Positions 51,101 to 62,287 of a DNA stretch of 64,000 nucleotides are shown here, piece after piece. The notes below the pieces were generated by a model, which saw nothing but the letters and a program-made list of their open reading frames with translations, made no database searches and was not told the origin of the DNA. The stretch spans positions 121,523-185,522 of the forward strand of contig CAXXWX010000013.1 in the NCBI GenBank assembly GCA_963675745.2, given 5' to 3'. A program made the translations under genes and the position numbers. Within the stretch, counting starts at the first letter, position 1. Each line of letters begins with the position of its first letter. Origin of the DNA: Phycisphaerae bacterium (GTDB lineage Bacteria; Planctomycetota; Phycisphaerae; UBA1845; Fen-1342).

Positions 51101-54100
51101 CGCGCGTGCTGCCGGTCGCGCCTGTTTCCGGGTCGCTGCCGTCGCCGAAAGTCCAGGTGTAGCTCAGTGGCTGGTTGGCATCGACGGGCGTGTCGGTAAA
51201 GACCACCGCCTTGAGCTGCGCGCTCATTCCGTCCCAGGCATTATGCGGAACCTCGAGCCCGCTGATGTTGTCATAGTCCCACGGCACGCACACCGCCATT
51301 GGCTGCACGTCCACCTGCGTCGTGTCGGTGTCGCTGCGCCCGGCGGCGTCGTAAACCGTGAGTGCCACCGTGTAGACGCCAACCGCGTCGTAGATGTGCT
51401 GCGCGAATTTCCCATAGCCGGTGTGGCCGTCGCCGAAGTCCCACTCGTATCGGACAATGCCGTAATCGTCGCTGGAGCCTGATCCGTCGAGAACCGCATA
51501 GGACCCGAGTGGGGCGATGTAAGGTCCGCCAACATCCGCCACCGGCGAATCACCAAGCGCGACAACCGTAGCCACGGCGCTGTCGCTGCGCCCGGCGGCG
51601 TCAAAGACGGTCAACGTGGCGTTCATCTGCCCCGTGACGCGATACGGAATCGGGTTTGTCAGGAACGTGTTGCGCAGGTTGTCGAACTCGAACGTGCCGT
51701 TCTGCACGGTGATGCCGCGCAGGAATTCGGTTGCGCTGCCGTAGCTGGATACATAGAGCAACGTCCAGTCCGGGTTGCTGGCGCCTCGTATCCAGTACGT
51801 GGCCCCCGCGGTCTCGCCCAGCACGATGCGGATGACGTAGGTTGCCCCGGTGCTGTAGCTGATAGCGCTGCCGCGATTGGTGCCATCCTCGTAGATCTCA
51901 ATGGTGCCGTAGTTGAAGTAGACCGCGTACGGCATTTGCGTGTAGTTGTAGTCGCCGCCGGTGTTCTTGAGGCCGCACATCGCCCGGTTACCGGTCGCGC
52001 CCACCTGACACTCGAATACCTGGTTCGCCGAGCGGTGCATCACCTGTCTGGAGAAAGCGTAGGCGCCGCCCCAGCCGCCGGTACCCGCGATGGACAGCTT
52101 GCCATTGAGTGTTGCGCGCTCGAAAGCCCACAGGCTGGAGTCCAGTTCCGCTGTATCAAACGTGTCGGTCGGAAAATCCCACTGATATCGCACGACGCCA
52201 AAGTCGTCGGTCGAAGCGCTTCCGTCGAACGTGACTTCCTGGAACTTGTTGGCCAGCAACTCGGCCTCGTTCAGCACGTATGGCCCGCCGGACGCCGCCA
52301 CGGGCGGGTCGCCAACAATGTCGAGTACGGCGGTTTCGGACGAGGTCTGGCCGGCGGTGTCGGTGACCGTCAGCGTCACCGGGGTCGGCTCGTGCACCAC
52401 GTGCGTGGCCGATGGACCCCAGTTGCGCAACATGAGGTCGTCCATCACGAACCGCCCGGTGTTCACATCCGCACCAACCAGAAACTCGTCATTCGTCCCG
52501 TACACAGAATTGTAGATCAGGTGCCAATCGGTCTCGTCGGCGCGCCTAACGTAATAGCGCGCTCCACACGGGCTATAGAGCTCGATTCGCACGTCATAGG
52601 CCACGCCCTGCGTGTACTGGTAGAGGTACCCACGGTTATTGCCGTCTTCGTAGACATAGATCCAGCTGTTGTCGCGGAAGTACATCGCGTACGGCATCTG
52701 GGTGTAATGGTAGACGTCGCTGGTGTTCTTCAGACCCCACATGGAATTGCTGCCATTGGTGGGGACGATGCGCGCCTGGATCACTGCGCCGCCGGACCGA
52801 TGAGTTACCTCCCGGTTGAACGCATAGGAATTGCCCCAACCCGCGCCGAGCACCATCAGGCGGTCGCTCTGCCCGGCGCGCGCCGTGGCCCAGCGCAGCG
52901 GGTCTAGCACGACGCCGTTAAACGTGTCGATGCCGAAATCCCACTCATACCGCTCGATGTCCTGACCACCCGTCGTGCCGGAGCCGTCCAGCGTGAACGT
53001 CCACGCGTTCGAATTGGGGTCCGGATCACCCTCCGAGCGTGTGTATGGTCCGCCCGCATCGGCTGTCGGTGTGGCCGGATCGGCAGTAACGTCAAACGTG
53101 ACTGTCTCCTCCTGTCCACCCAGATCACGCACCGTCAGCGTCACCGGGCCGGCCACAAACGTCTTGCGCTCCAGCGGCGACCCCCAATGCACCTCGCGCA
53201 CCGACTCTATGATAAAGCTGCCGTTATCGCCGGTCGCACCGCATAGAAACTCGGTGTCGCTGCCGTGGGTGGAGTTGTAGAGAAATGTCCAATTCGGCTG
53301 TCCCGTTGGGCGAATCCAGTAGCGCGCCCCACGGCCGGGCTTCAGCTCGATCCGAACGTCGTACTCCACACCTACCGTGTACTGGTAAAGATACCCGCGG
53401 CTCTCGCCGTTTTTCGTAAACATAGATCCAGCTGTTGTCGCGGAAGTACATTGCGTACGGCATCTGGTCATAGCTGTAGTTGCCGCTCGTGTTCTTGAGC
53501 CCCCACATGGCGTTGCCACCCTGTGAGCGCACGCGCGCTTCGTAGAAGCGTCCCGGGCCGCGGACCAGCGGCTGGCGTGAGAACGCATAGCCGCTGCCCC
53601 ATCCGGAGCCGCGAACGTAGGTTCCGTTGTCCTGGTACGCACGCGCATGGAACCACTGGCCGGGGGTGAACAGCTGCCCGGCGAAATCGTCCTCGCCGAA
53701 ATCCCACTCGTAGTCGACAATCTCATACCCGCTGGTCGATGCGCCGGCGTCAAACGTAAGTGGCCAGCCGCCGTCAACCAGGTCGGCCTTGGTGCCGATG
53801 TACGGGCCGCCTTCATCAACGATCAGCGCGGGATCGGTGACCGTGACCGTTGTCGCGGCCGTCGCCGACGCGCCGTCGGCATCCGTGACCGTCAACGTCA
53901 CGGGGCGGTCAAAGTAGACTTGTGCGTGAAGGTCTCCCCGCCGAACGCTTCGCGCACTTCATCCATGGCAAACAGGCCGTTGTCGACCGTTGCCCCCGCA
54001 GAGTAACTCTGCCTCGGTCGAGTAGTTGGAGTTGTATACCAATGTCCAGCTACTGGAATCCGTTCGTCTTGAAGTAGTAGCGCGCCCCGCCGGTGTCCTT

Positions 54101-54796
54101 CAGCTCAATGCGCACGTCATAAGCCACGCCGGCTGAGTACTGCTGGTAATAGCCGCGATTGGAGCCATTCTCGTAGATGTAGATCCAGTTGTTATCGTTG
54201 AAGTACATCTCGTAGACCATTTCGCCGCGGTGGAAGCTGGCGCTGGTGTTCTTGAGACCCCAGGCCGCGTTGCCGGAGTGCCGTGTGACGCGGGCCTGGA
54301 ACGCGGCTCCCGGCCGCCGTTGGAGCGGCTCGCGGGTGAACGCATAGCTGCCACCCCAGCCCACTCCCAGAATGTACAGTGCATCGTCCTGATAGGTGTT
54401 GGCGGTCTGCCACTTGAACGTGTTGAGTTGCTTGCCGGGGAGCGAATCCGCGCCCAGATCCCATTGCCAGCTCACGAGATTGACGTCACTGCTCGAGCCG
54501 CTGCCGTCAAACAGCACATCCCAACCGCCGTCGATGCGATCAGCCGCATAGAGCGCATACGGCCCCCCGGGATCGGCTGTCGGTGTGCTGCGCGGGACAA
54601 GCTGCCCGACTTCGGCGTCGAGATCCCCGATCATACCGGGCTCTTGGCCGCCGCCCGCGGGCGCTGGCTGCGTGGCGTCAAGTTCCCAGTGACCCGACTG
54701 GGCGCGGGCCGGACCTGACCCCGCGCCGGCCGCCACCATGAGGGCCAGCAGCGCGGGCAGAACATGCAGCGGCAATGTGGCAAACGTGCGCATCAC
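39159..54796 (-). CDS. Giant secreted PKD / prenyltransferase-like / putative Ig / YD-Rhs repeat protein (~5,200 aa; four 1-nt indels near the 5' end)
   Basis: Signal peptide; PKD motifs (GGPY, YEWDFGD); Q..DG.W repeats; 15 Ig/cadherin-like repeats; YD repeats; Rhs core FRYTGEQYD...YYLRARYYDP..GRF...DP...NNPVNHVDPSG. ORFs 54050-54796, 53224-53901 and 39159-53819 join after indels at about 54057, 53995, 53920 and 53412. Confidence 0.88.
44330..48423 (-). repeat. About 15 tandem putative Ig (He_PIG/cadherin-like) domains
   Basis: Recurring N.PP.ITS.P...A....Y.Y.V.A.D.DGD...Y.L...P.GM.ID...G.I.W.P units. Confidence 0.85.
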
Positions 54797-55300
54797 TCTC
54801 TCCTGGCAATCGGAGTTGAGGTGAGAAGGTTGGCGTCAGAGGTGAGGGGGGATGGCGAAGCGTGCATTGCTGACAACGTTGACGGAGCAAGGGCTGTGCC
54901 CGGACTTGTGGCCGCCGGTCTTCCAGGTGTCTCTATCGACACCCCGTCTGATCGGCACCAGGCTGATTCCCGCGCTGCCCCGCTGGTCTGATCCACAACA
55001 CACCAACATGCCGCAGTGGTTCGTCTGCTGCGCCGGATTGCGAGGCCCACGTGGGATGTTGTCACGGACGCCCGCCCAATGAAGCGCAAATCACCCCCTG
55101 CAAAGCCGGCCGTTTCGCGCGACGGCCGTCGCGCTTCGCAAGCAGGGTGGTCTGCATCGCAGTCGAACCGAGGCTCTCTTCCGAACTCCTGCGTCCCTCG
55201 AACCACGTCTCCTAATCTGACCTTCGAACTCCAGATTCGTTGGCGCGGCTGTTGCAGAGATGCCGCGCCGGCTCGTGTCGTGAGTTGTGCCCAGGGCCGG

Positions 55301-55976
55301 TTAGTTTTGTAGCCGGCGCCGGAGGGCCGCGACGGCGGACATGCCGAGCGTGCCGAGCAGGGCGGCGGTTGGTGCCGGGATGGCGGCAACTGATAAATTG
55401 TCAATCGCGGCGATGCTCGACTGTCCGTTTTCCCCGCGGAGCAACCCAACGCGGAAAAGCACGTCCATGCCACTTAGGGAAGTCAGATCCACCGTCACGT
55501 CATACCAGCCCGGCCGGTTGGAGTTTGCCGTCGCAGCCCACGTCACATTTGCGGAATCGTATAACAGGACCGACGGCGTGATCGGCGGGTCCGGTACCTG
55601 GTGGTAGAAGTAGTCGTTCCGGCCGCTGGTGCTCAGCAGCGGATCCTCTGAGACCGGGGCAAGCAGAAACGCCGCAAATGCGTCGCGAAGCGACCCGCCG
55701 CTGAATGTACCGCTGGCTTGCAGGAAGTACTCAAACGACAGCGATGCGTCGTTGCTGCCGACCGTGAACGTCTGGGCGATCGAGCTCCATCGCCAGCCCC
55801 GTGCCTTCCGCAAAGACGGCGGCGTTATCTCCGCCGAGTGCGAGTACAGACACGTCGCCGTTGACAGTCCAGCCGTCGAGCCCGAGGCCAAAATCTGGAT
55901 TCGTCAATCCCCCAAACGTCGCGAGTGGCGCGGCGGCCAATAGGCAAATAGCCGCTATCCCTATGCGGAAACGCAT
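55301..55976 (-). CDS. PEP-CTERM-like (IPAP) surface protein, split by a 1-nt indel at about 55797-55800
   Basis: Signal peptide, N.DF..GL.GW carbohydrate-binding-like start, IDNL + IPAPTAALLGTLGMSAVAALRRR tail; 224 aa after removing one base. Confidence 0.8.
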
Positions 55977-56350
55977 GCGTCGACCCTCCGGAATGTATAC
56001 AAATACGCCCCTCTAGCCAAGTATACCCCGGCGAGATTTGCCCGGGCAAGAACATTGTCCTGGCCGCGAACGATAGGGGGATATCAGACCGTGCGACAGA
56101 GGGTGTGCGACCCGCCCGCAAGCACCCCCATGGCGGCACGCCGCACGCTTAAACGCGTTCGGACCAGTGTTCAGCGTCCGCTAATAGACGTCAGCAGTCG
56201 CGCCATGCGCGCTGATGTCGCCGGCCACTCTATTTGCACCTTGCTCAAGGTGGCATAATGTGCTGCGCAGCCGACCCCCGAATTCGCGCTGTAATGGCGA
56301 TTCGACGGCCCGCGCGTTCCGGCACGACATATTCCGACCTGGAGCCCGAC

Positions 56351-58471
56351 ATGAAACTACTCGCCGTGCTGATCACGCTGCCCTTTGCTGTTGTGTGTGT
56401 CGGTGCTGACGGATCGCAGGTAGTGCTCGTCCTGCAAAGTCTCCCGACTGCTGATACGGCTCGAACCATATACGTTGGCCCGGACGGCGACGACGGGTGG
56501 TCGGGGAGTTTGCCAGCGCCAAACCGTGAACGCACAGACGGTCCGCTCGCTTCGCTGCACGGCGCCCGGACTGCGGTCCGCCGTCTGCGCGCGGACGACC
56601 AGAAACCGGTGACCATCGTCGTGGAGATCGCTGGTGGCGAATACGCAATGACTGAGCCGCTCGTGCTGACGCCCGCTGACTCCGGTTCGGCGCAGGCGCC
56701 CATTGTCTATCGTGCCCGCGCCGGTGACACACCGATCTTCGAGGGTGGCCGGCGAATCAGTGGCTTCTCCAAAGGGCCCGCGGGCACCTGGACCGCCACG
56801 GTGCCCGAAGTTGCGACCGGCCAGTGGTACTTCGAACAACTCTTCGTCAACGGTCGTCGGGCCGTTCGCGCGCGGACGCCGGATGAGGGCTACTTCCTCA
56901 TGCGTGGTGTGGAGGAGACGGTGATCACGCCGGGGGAGCGTGCCCCGCAAGCGGCACGTCAGCTTGTGCTGGCCGAGCCCGACGAGGTGCGCGTGCTTAA
57001 GGACCTGGATGCCCGGCAGTTCGCGGACGTGCAGTTTGTCGCCTATCACAAATGGGATGTAACGCGACGATTCATCGAGCGCTTCGACGAGCAGCGGCAC
57101 GCGTTCGTGACCCATGGGCAAGGGATGAAACCCTGGAACCCGTGGCGGGCGCAGACGCGTTATCACCTGGAGAATTTCGCCGCCGCGCTGACCGCGCCTG
57201 GCGAGTGGTTCCTCGATCGCACCGGCACCCTCTCGTACCTCCCGCGAGCGGGTGAGAGAATGAACACGGCGCAGGTCGTTGCTCCGGTTGTTGAGAGGTT
57301 TATCGTCGTTGAGGGGCGCCCGGACGCCGGCGCGTTCGTTGATCACGTTCGCTTCGAGGGGCTGACGTTTCGCCATGCCGCCTACGCGATGCCGCCGGGC
57401 GGATTTGAGCCGACCCAGGCTGCAGCGACCATTGACGCGGTTGTGACGATCGACGGTGCCCGTCACGTGGAGATTGTGGACTGCCGGTTCGAACACATCG
57501 GGCGCTATGGCATCTGGTTTCGGCGTGGTTGTCGGGATTGCCTGGTCCAGCGTACGCACATCAGCGACATGGGGGCCGGTGGCGTTCGCATCGGCGAGAC
57601 TGTCAATCGCGATCAACAGGCCGAGCAGACCGGTGGCAACACGATCGATAACAACATCATCCGTGCCGGCGGGCGGATTTTCCCGTGCGCGGTCGGTGTC
57701 TGGATCGGGCACAGCGGCGAAAACCGAGTCACGCACAACGACATCGGGGACCTGTTCTATACAGGCGTCTCGGTGGGTTGGCGCTGGGGCTACGCCGATA
57801 GCGCCGCGAAGAACAACACGATCGAGTTTAATCGTATACACGATATCGGGCAGGGTGTTTTGAGTGACATGGGGGGTGTCTACACGCTCGGACCGTCGCC
57901 GGGCACGGGCGTGAGCCACAACGTGATCCATGACGTGGACAGCTACGCCTATGGCGGATGGGGGTTGTACACGGACGAGGGCAGCACGGGCATCCTGATG
58001 GAGGGCAACCTGGTCTATGACACAAAGACCGGTGGCTTTCACCAGCACTACGGGCGCGACAATATCATCCGCAACAACATCTTCGCGTATGGCAGGTTGT
58101 ATCAACTCCAATGTACGCGTGTTGAAGATCACAGGTCCTTCACATTCGAGAACAACATTGTCTACTGGGACAGTGGTGTTCTGCTGAGCGGCCCATGGAC
58201 CAAGATCAACATTGCGATGGACCACAACTGGTACTGGCACAGTGGCGCGTCGCCATCCGACTTCGCCGGATCTACCTGGGAGCAATGGCGGGCTGCGGGC
58301 AGGGATGCCCACTCCATAATTGCCGACCCCGGTTTTTCTGATCCTGCCAAGCGAGATTTCCGTCTGCCAGAGGACTCCCCGGTCAGCAAGATCGGGTTCC
58401 AGCGCTTCGAGCCCAGCCGGGCCGGCGTGTACGGCAGTCGGCATTGGATCGAAAGAGCGAGATCAGAGTAG
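56351..58471 (+). CDS. Secreted right-handed parallel beta-helix protein (putative glycoside hydrolase/lyase)
   Basis: [11 protein letters not shown]...[53 protein letters not shown]. Confidence 0.88.
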   Translation: MKLLAVLITLPFAVVCVGADGSQVVLVLQSLPTADTARTIYVGPDGDDGWSGSLPAPNRERTDGPLASLHGARTAVRRLRADDQKPVTIVVEIAGGEYAMTEPLVLTPADSGSAQAPIVYRARAGDTPIFEGGRRISGFSKGPAGTWTATVPEVATGQWYFEQLFVNGRRAVRARTPDEGYFLMRGVEETVITPGERAPQAARQLVLAEPDEVRVLKDLDARQFADVQFVAYHKWDVTRRFIERFDEQRHAFVTHGQGMKPWNPWRAQTRYHLENFAAALTAPGEWFLDRTGTLSYLPRAGERMNTAQVVAPVVERFIVVEGRPDAGAFVDHVRFEGLTFRHAAYAMPPGGFEPTQAAATIDAVVTIDGARHVEIVDCRFEHIGRYGIWFRRGCRDCLVQRTHISDMGAGGVRIGETVNRDQQAEQTGGNTIDNNIIRAGGRIFPCAVGVWIGHSGENRVTHNDIGDLFYTGVSVGWRWGYADSAAKNNTIEFNRIHDIGQGVLSDMGGVYTLGPSPGTGVSHNVIHDVDSYAYGGWGLYTDEGSTGILMEGNLVYDTKTGGFHQHYGRDNIIRNNIFAYGRLYQLQCTRVEDHRSFTFENNIVYWDSGVLLSGPWTKINIAMDHNWYWHSGASPSDFAGSTWEQWRAAGRDAHSIIADPGFSDPAKRDFRLPEDSPVSKIGFQRFEPSRAGVYGSRHWIERARSE

Positions 58472-58846
58472 AGCGGTGAGTAGCGGGATGACGACGGCCT
58501 TTGTCCACTATTCGCGTAGAAAAAGTCGGTATTGCGAACGTGCTCGGCGCGTCGGACAATTGAGCTACCGTGGCGAACTTGTAGCGTGCTGAGCCTTGAC
58601 GCGTCGGGTGGGGGGAACACGGCGGGGCGGCGTGAGACATCTCATGTCGGGGATTGTCGGTGTCCCCCGCAGTTCGGAAATCGCGCTCAGGCGGTGGAGT
58701 TCGTGCCAGTTGAGTCGGAGAGGCCGGTTTCGGTAAAGCCGGCGCCTCATCCGTATCCACATCGGTAGCGTGCTTCAACACCTTCGCGAATCCGGGCATT
58801 CACATCAATGGTCGCTGGCCGCGACCGGACACAAGGAGTGATTCCC

Positions 58847-60778
58847 ATGACAAAGCAGATGGCCGTTGTCCTGAGCTGCACCGTGCTCATGGCTGCATGT
58901 CCTATAGCCGGCTGGGCCTATCCACCGCCCCCGGCGCAACCTGACCCGATCTCCCTCGACCCGTTCAACTCGCCCTCGGTTACGTTCTGGGGCAATACGC
59001 CGGGTGATATCTACGGTGAAGTCGCCCTGACCGTCGGCCAAGGCTGGGACATCGGTGGCCCGGGGCCCATTCCGCACGTTTGGGAAGCCAACTACGGTCT
59101 CCAACCGGGTGACGATAACGACGCGCACTCCAACGGAGAGCGCGACCCGACCGCCCCGTTGTTCCTCTATTTCTCGGGTGATCTGAACTCAACCGGTGCC
59201 ATGTTCACGCATTACAACTGGCAGGCCGGCCTGGCCCAGGCCGCCGGGGACCGTTTCGTGGTCAACGGACTGCTGGTGCCCGACCCGGTGAGTGTGCTGA
59301 TGTCGGCCACGCCGGCCTGGCTGGTGCCGGCGGTGCCCGGTCCGCTCAATATGCTCAGCGCAAACCAGACCCGATACAACGAGATCCCGTCGGTACCCGC
59401 CCCGGCCATGAACATGTGGTCGTGGCCATACGACGAGTTGGATGCGCTGGAGCTGACACGTTTCGATGTGGACAACGACCAGGTACATGATCGGCCGATT
59501 TACTTCTCGCTCGGCCCGTCCAGCCCCAGCCTGTTGGCGGGATTCACGCCGGCGGACATCTTACTCTCGCCGCCGGCGTCCCTGGCGTTCAATCTCTTCG
59601 CCCCCGAGGCCGCGCTTGGGCTCCAGAGTGGGGATGACGTCAACGCGCTGGCCATCTGGGATCGCGGTCAGCGCTACATCCTGGATCCCGGCACTGACGT
59701 GGCACTCTTCTCGCTCGCGCCCGCGTCGCCGGCACTCGCCGGTCCGGACGGCGTGCCCGGCACGTTCGATGACTGGTCGGCCGCCGACATATTCGTGACC
59801 GACTTCACCGGCTGGTTCACTCTGTACGCGGACCATACATTGATCGGCATGCTGTTTGACGACAACGTCGATGGGCTCGATGTCGAATACCCGGCCGTGC
59901 CGCGGCCCGAGATCTTTGATTCCTGGTTCTGGCTGGTCAACATCGACTTCTGGGTGCCGCCATGGCCTCCCAGCATCCCGCCCGACAATTTCGAGATTGA
60001 GATTGACGGCGTTCCGCCTGAACTGGTGGGTGAGGTCTGGCTTGACGACTTCCCCGGGTTTGACATCCAGCCGTATGGCGAGGTGGGTTCGCTGCTGCGC
60101 TGGTTTGGCGCTGAAATCCAATTGGACGAGTGGGCCCACGTCGGGTTTGTCGTTCATCAACCGCTGATTCCCTCGTTCGTCAACTGGTACTGGACCTCGG
60201 GGGACGAGCGCATCTATGACACGCCGATACCATTCCAGCACTGGGAGTGGGCGGAAGTTGACCAGTACTGGTATCTCATTGACGTAATCACGAACTATGG
60301 CCAGGAACCAGTGGCGGTTATGCGATCCGAGTACACGCCCCACGCCACGGTCACGCTCGACGATCTCAACGTCGATAGCTCAGCCTGGCTGTACCGGATG
60401 CCGATTGACCTGATGCCGGTTGTGATCGATCCTGGTACATCACTGTACTACGAGTGGCCGGTCGAAGAATTCGGCCATGGTCAGATCATGATGTACGAGT
60501 TCTTCGACGTGGACATGACCGGCATAGCCACCGACTTGCGCGGCATCTCTTTCAATGCCGTCACGCGCGTCGCCCCGGGTGAGTACGAGCCCGGCGATAT
60601 GAACTGCGACGGGCTGATCAACAACGGCGACATCGACCCGTTCGTGGTGGCGCTGACCGACGAGGAGCTCTACGAGGAGATGTTCTACTGGTGTGATCGT
60701 ATGAACGGGGATATCAACGGCGACGGCCTGATTAACCATGGTGACATAGATTTCTTCGTGGCGCTGATCGGCAGTTAG
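58847..60778 (+). CDS. Secreted protein with D-x-D-A-L repeats and C-terminal dockerin-like domain
   Basis: AAGGAG RBS; signal peptide; GDMNCDGLINNGDIDPFV...GDINGDGLINHGDIDFFV. Confidence 0.8.
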   Translation: MTKQMAVVLSCTVLMAACPIAGWAYPPPPAQPDPISLDPFNSPSVTFWGNTPGDIYGEVALTVGQGWDIGGPGPIPHVWEANYGLQPGDDNDAHSNGERDPTAPLFLYFSGDLNSTGAMFTHYNWQAGLAQAAGDRFVVNGLLVPDPVSVLMSATPAWLVPAVPGPLNMLSANQTRYNEIPSVPAPAMNMWSWPYDELDALELTRFDVDNDQVHDRPIYFSLGPSSPSLLAGFTPADILLSPPASLAFNLFAPEAALGLQSGDDVNALAIWDRGQRYILDPGTDVALFSLAPASPALAGPDGVPGTFDDWSAADIFVTDFTGWFTLYADHTLIGMLFDDNVDGLDVEYPAVPRPEIFDSWFWLVNIDFWVPPWPPSIPPDNFEIEIDGVPPELVGEVWLDDFPGFDIQPYGEVGSLLRWFGAEIQLDEWAHVGFVVHQPLIPSFVNWYWTSGDERIYDTPIPFQHWEWAEVDQYWYLIDVITNYGQEPVAVMRSEYTPHATVTLDDLNVDSSAWLYRMPIDLMPVVIDPGTSLYYEWPVEEFGHGQIMMYEFFDVDMTGIATDLRGISFNAVTRVAPGEYEPGDMNCDGLINNGDIDPFVVALTDEELYEEMFYWCDRMNGDINGDGLINHGDIDFFVALIGS

Positions 60779-60839
60779 CCGAACCGCGGTTTCAAGGGCA
60801 ATTGCTGGACAGAGCCCCTCCCGAGTGGGGCGTCGGACG

Positions 60840-62264
60840 CTACGCATTGGCGAAGCGCGTCTCGCGCAATAGCCAGCGGATGTGCAGTATCCAAAGCAGC
60901 GCCGCGACGGCCGCCGGCACGAAGCAGGCGACCGCCAGACATGCGTCACCCGAGATAGAGCCGACGATCGGCAAGTGCAGCCAGAAGTGCGGATTCCACA
61001 CTTCGCTGACGAACCACGCACCCCAGACACCAGACAACACGATAAACGCCAGCAGCGGCAGCCAGCCACTTGCATAACACACGACCAGGCCGCGGTGGGC
61101 CGGCTTTGACCAGCCGAAAAGCGTAACCAATGCCATCGCGCCGGCGAGCAGGCCAAACGCACATAACCACGTCAGCAGCGCCGCATTAAGACCCTGCACG
61201 CCGAGCGCGATTACAGGATCACCGATGTCGCGGTACTGACGGTACCCGCGCTCCAGACGTTCGAAGTACTCGACAGCGCGTAACGGCACAAACATCAGGC
61301 CGCCCAGCAGCGCGGTCACTCCGCACGCGCACAGCGCGAACCGCCGTGCTGCGCGCCGTCCGCCGTGTACGGCCAGTGTTCGACCAAAATGTCGCGCGGC
61401 CAGTGACGCCCGCCATGTTCGAACGAATGAGGGCAGCCAGGCGAGAAACCCACGCCCGCCATTGCCGGGTATGCGTCGAAGTTGCGGCAGCGATTCGGCA
61501 ACCGGTGCCCCGCACTCCGGGCAACGCGCGTCGGCGGCCATATGTGTCAGGCGGTACCCACAGCCCGCGCAACGCGGCACGCGCGGTTCAAACCCGGGCC
61601 CGCGCGCCGGGCCGGCGTAACGCGCCCCCAACCGGATGACCGTCACTATGACCCAAACACTCCAGGTCAGAAACACCGTGATTGAAAGCGCTTCGGCGAA
61701 GGCGTATTGGCCGCCGAGAATCGCGTACGGCAACGCCACGGCAACCGGCAACGGCACGATGGCCGACGTAGCCCACAGCAGCAGGCGCACACACCGCAAA
61801 TACAGCAGCCGGCCCGTCTCCCCGGCCGAGGCCCAGGGCATCAATCCCAGGGCGGCGATCCACAATGCGCCGTGCCAGAAGACGGCGCCCGCGGCCACCC
61901 ATGCGATCGCCACCGGGTACCGTGTACCCTCCAGTGCCATGGCGACCAGCATGGTCAATGGAACTTGAACGACGGTTCGCCAAGTGAAATCCACGTCTCC
62001 CGACGATTGCCCCTCAAGATAGACCACCGTCAGCAGGCCGACCGCGAAACAGAGCAGGATACTGGCGGCGTGTACAAGATATGCCGCTCGCCAACCGGAG
62101 GCAGCCAGGTGCGGTCCGCACCGGCGCGGCATGATCAACCCCGCGATCGCCGCCAATGGTGCAAACAGCCAGTAGACGCGAAAAGGCGTGAGCGGCGCCG
62201 ATTCGCTCGGCGGATACGACTCGGGGACACTTGCAGATTCGTCGCTCAAGCGTGTCTCATCCAT
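60840..62264 (-). CDS. Multi-TM membrane protein with internal zinc ribbon
   Basis: About 10 hydrophobic segments in two halves separated by CAGCGYRL...CPECG. Confidence 0.75.
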   Translation of the reverse strand: MDETRLSDESASVPESYPPSESAPLTPFRVYWLFAPLAAIAGLIMPRRCGPHLAASGWRAAYLVHAASILLCFAVGLLTVVYLEGQSSGDVDFTWRTVVQVPLTMLVAMALEGTRYPVAIAWVAAGAVFWHGALWIAALGLMPWASAGETGRLLYLRCVRLLLWATSAIVPLPVAVALPYAILGGQYAFAEALSITVFLTWSVWVIVTVIRLGARYAGPARGPGFEPRVPRCAGCGYRLTHMAADARCPECGAPVAESLPQLRRIPGNGGRGFLAWLPSFVRTWRASLAARHFGRTLAVHGGRRAARRFALCACGVTALLGGLMFVPLRAVEYFERLERGYRQYRDIGDPVIALGVQGLNAALLTWLCAFGLLAGAMALVTLFGWSKPAHRGLVVCYASGWLPLLAFIVLSGVWGAWFVSEVWNPHFWLHLPIVGSISGDACLAVACFVPAAVAALLWILHIRWLLRETRFANA

Positions 62265-62287
62265 CGCGGGCGCGTGATCTCCTCTTA

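Noticed and set aside
53415..53819. N-terminal ~135 aa of the 4886-aa ORF in the track
   Set aside because: Out-of-frame translation; the real coding frame here is that of ORF 53224-53901, up to the T5 run at 53410-53414.
39732..58444. Long antisense ORFs (for example 41247-43430 +, 39732-41084 +, 56357-58444 -)
   Set aside because: Typical high-GC shadow ORFs opposite well-supported genes, with no recognisable motifs.
58605..58672. Hairpin GGGGGAACAC...GTGTCCCCC upstream of the dockerin-like protein gene as a riboswitch
   Set aside because: Imperfect stem, no terminator or recognisable aptamer motif; insufficient support.
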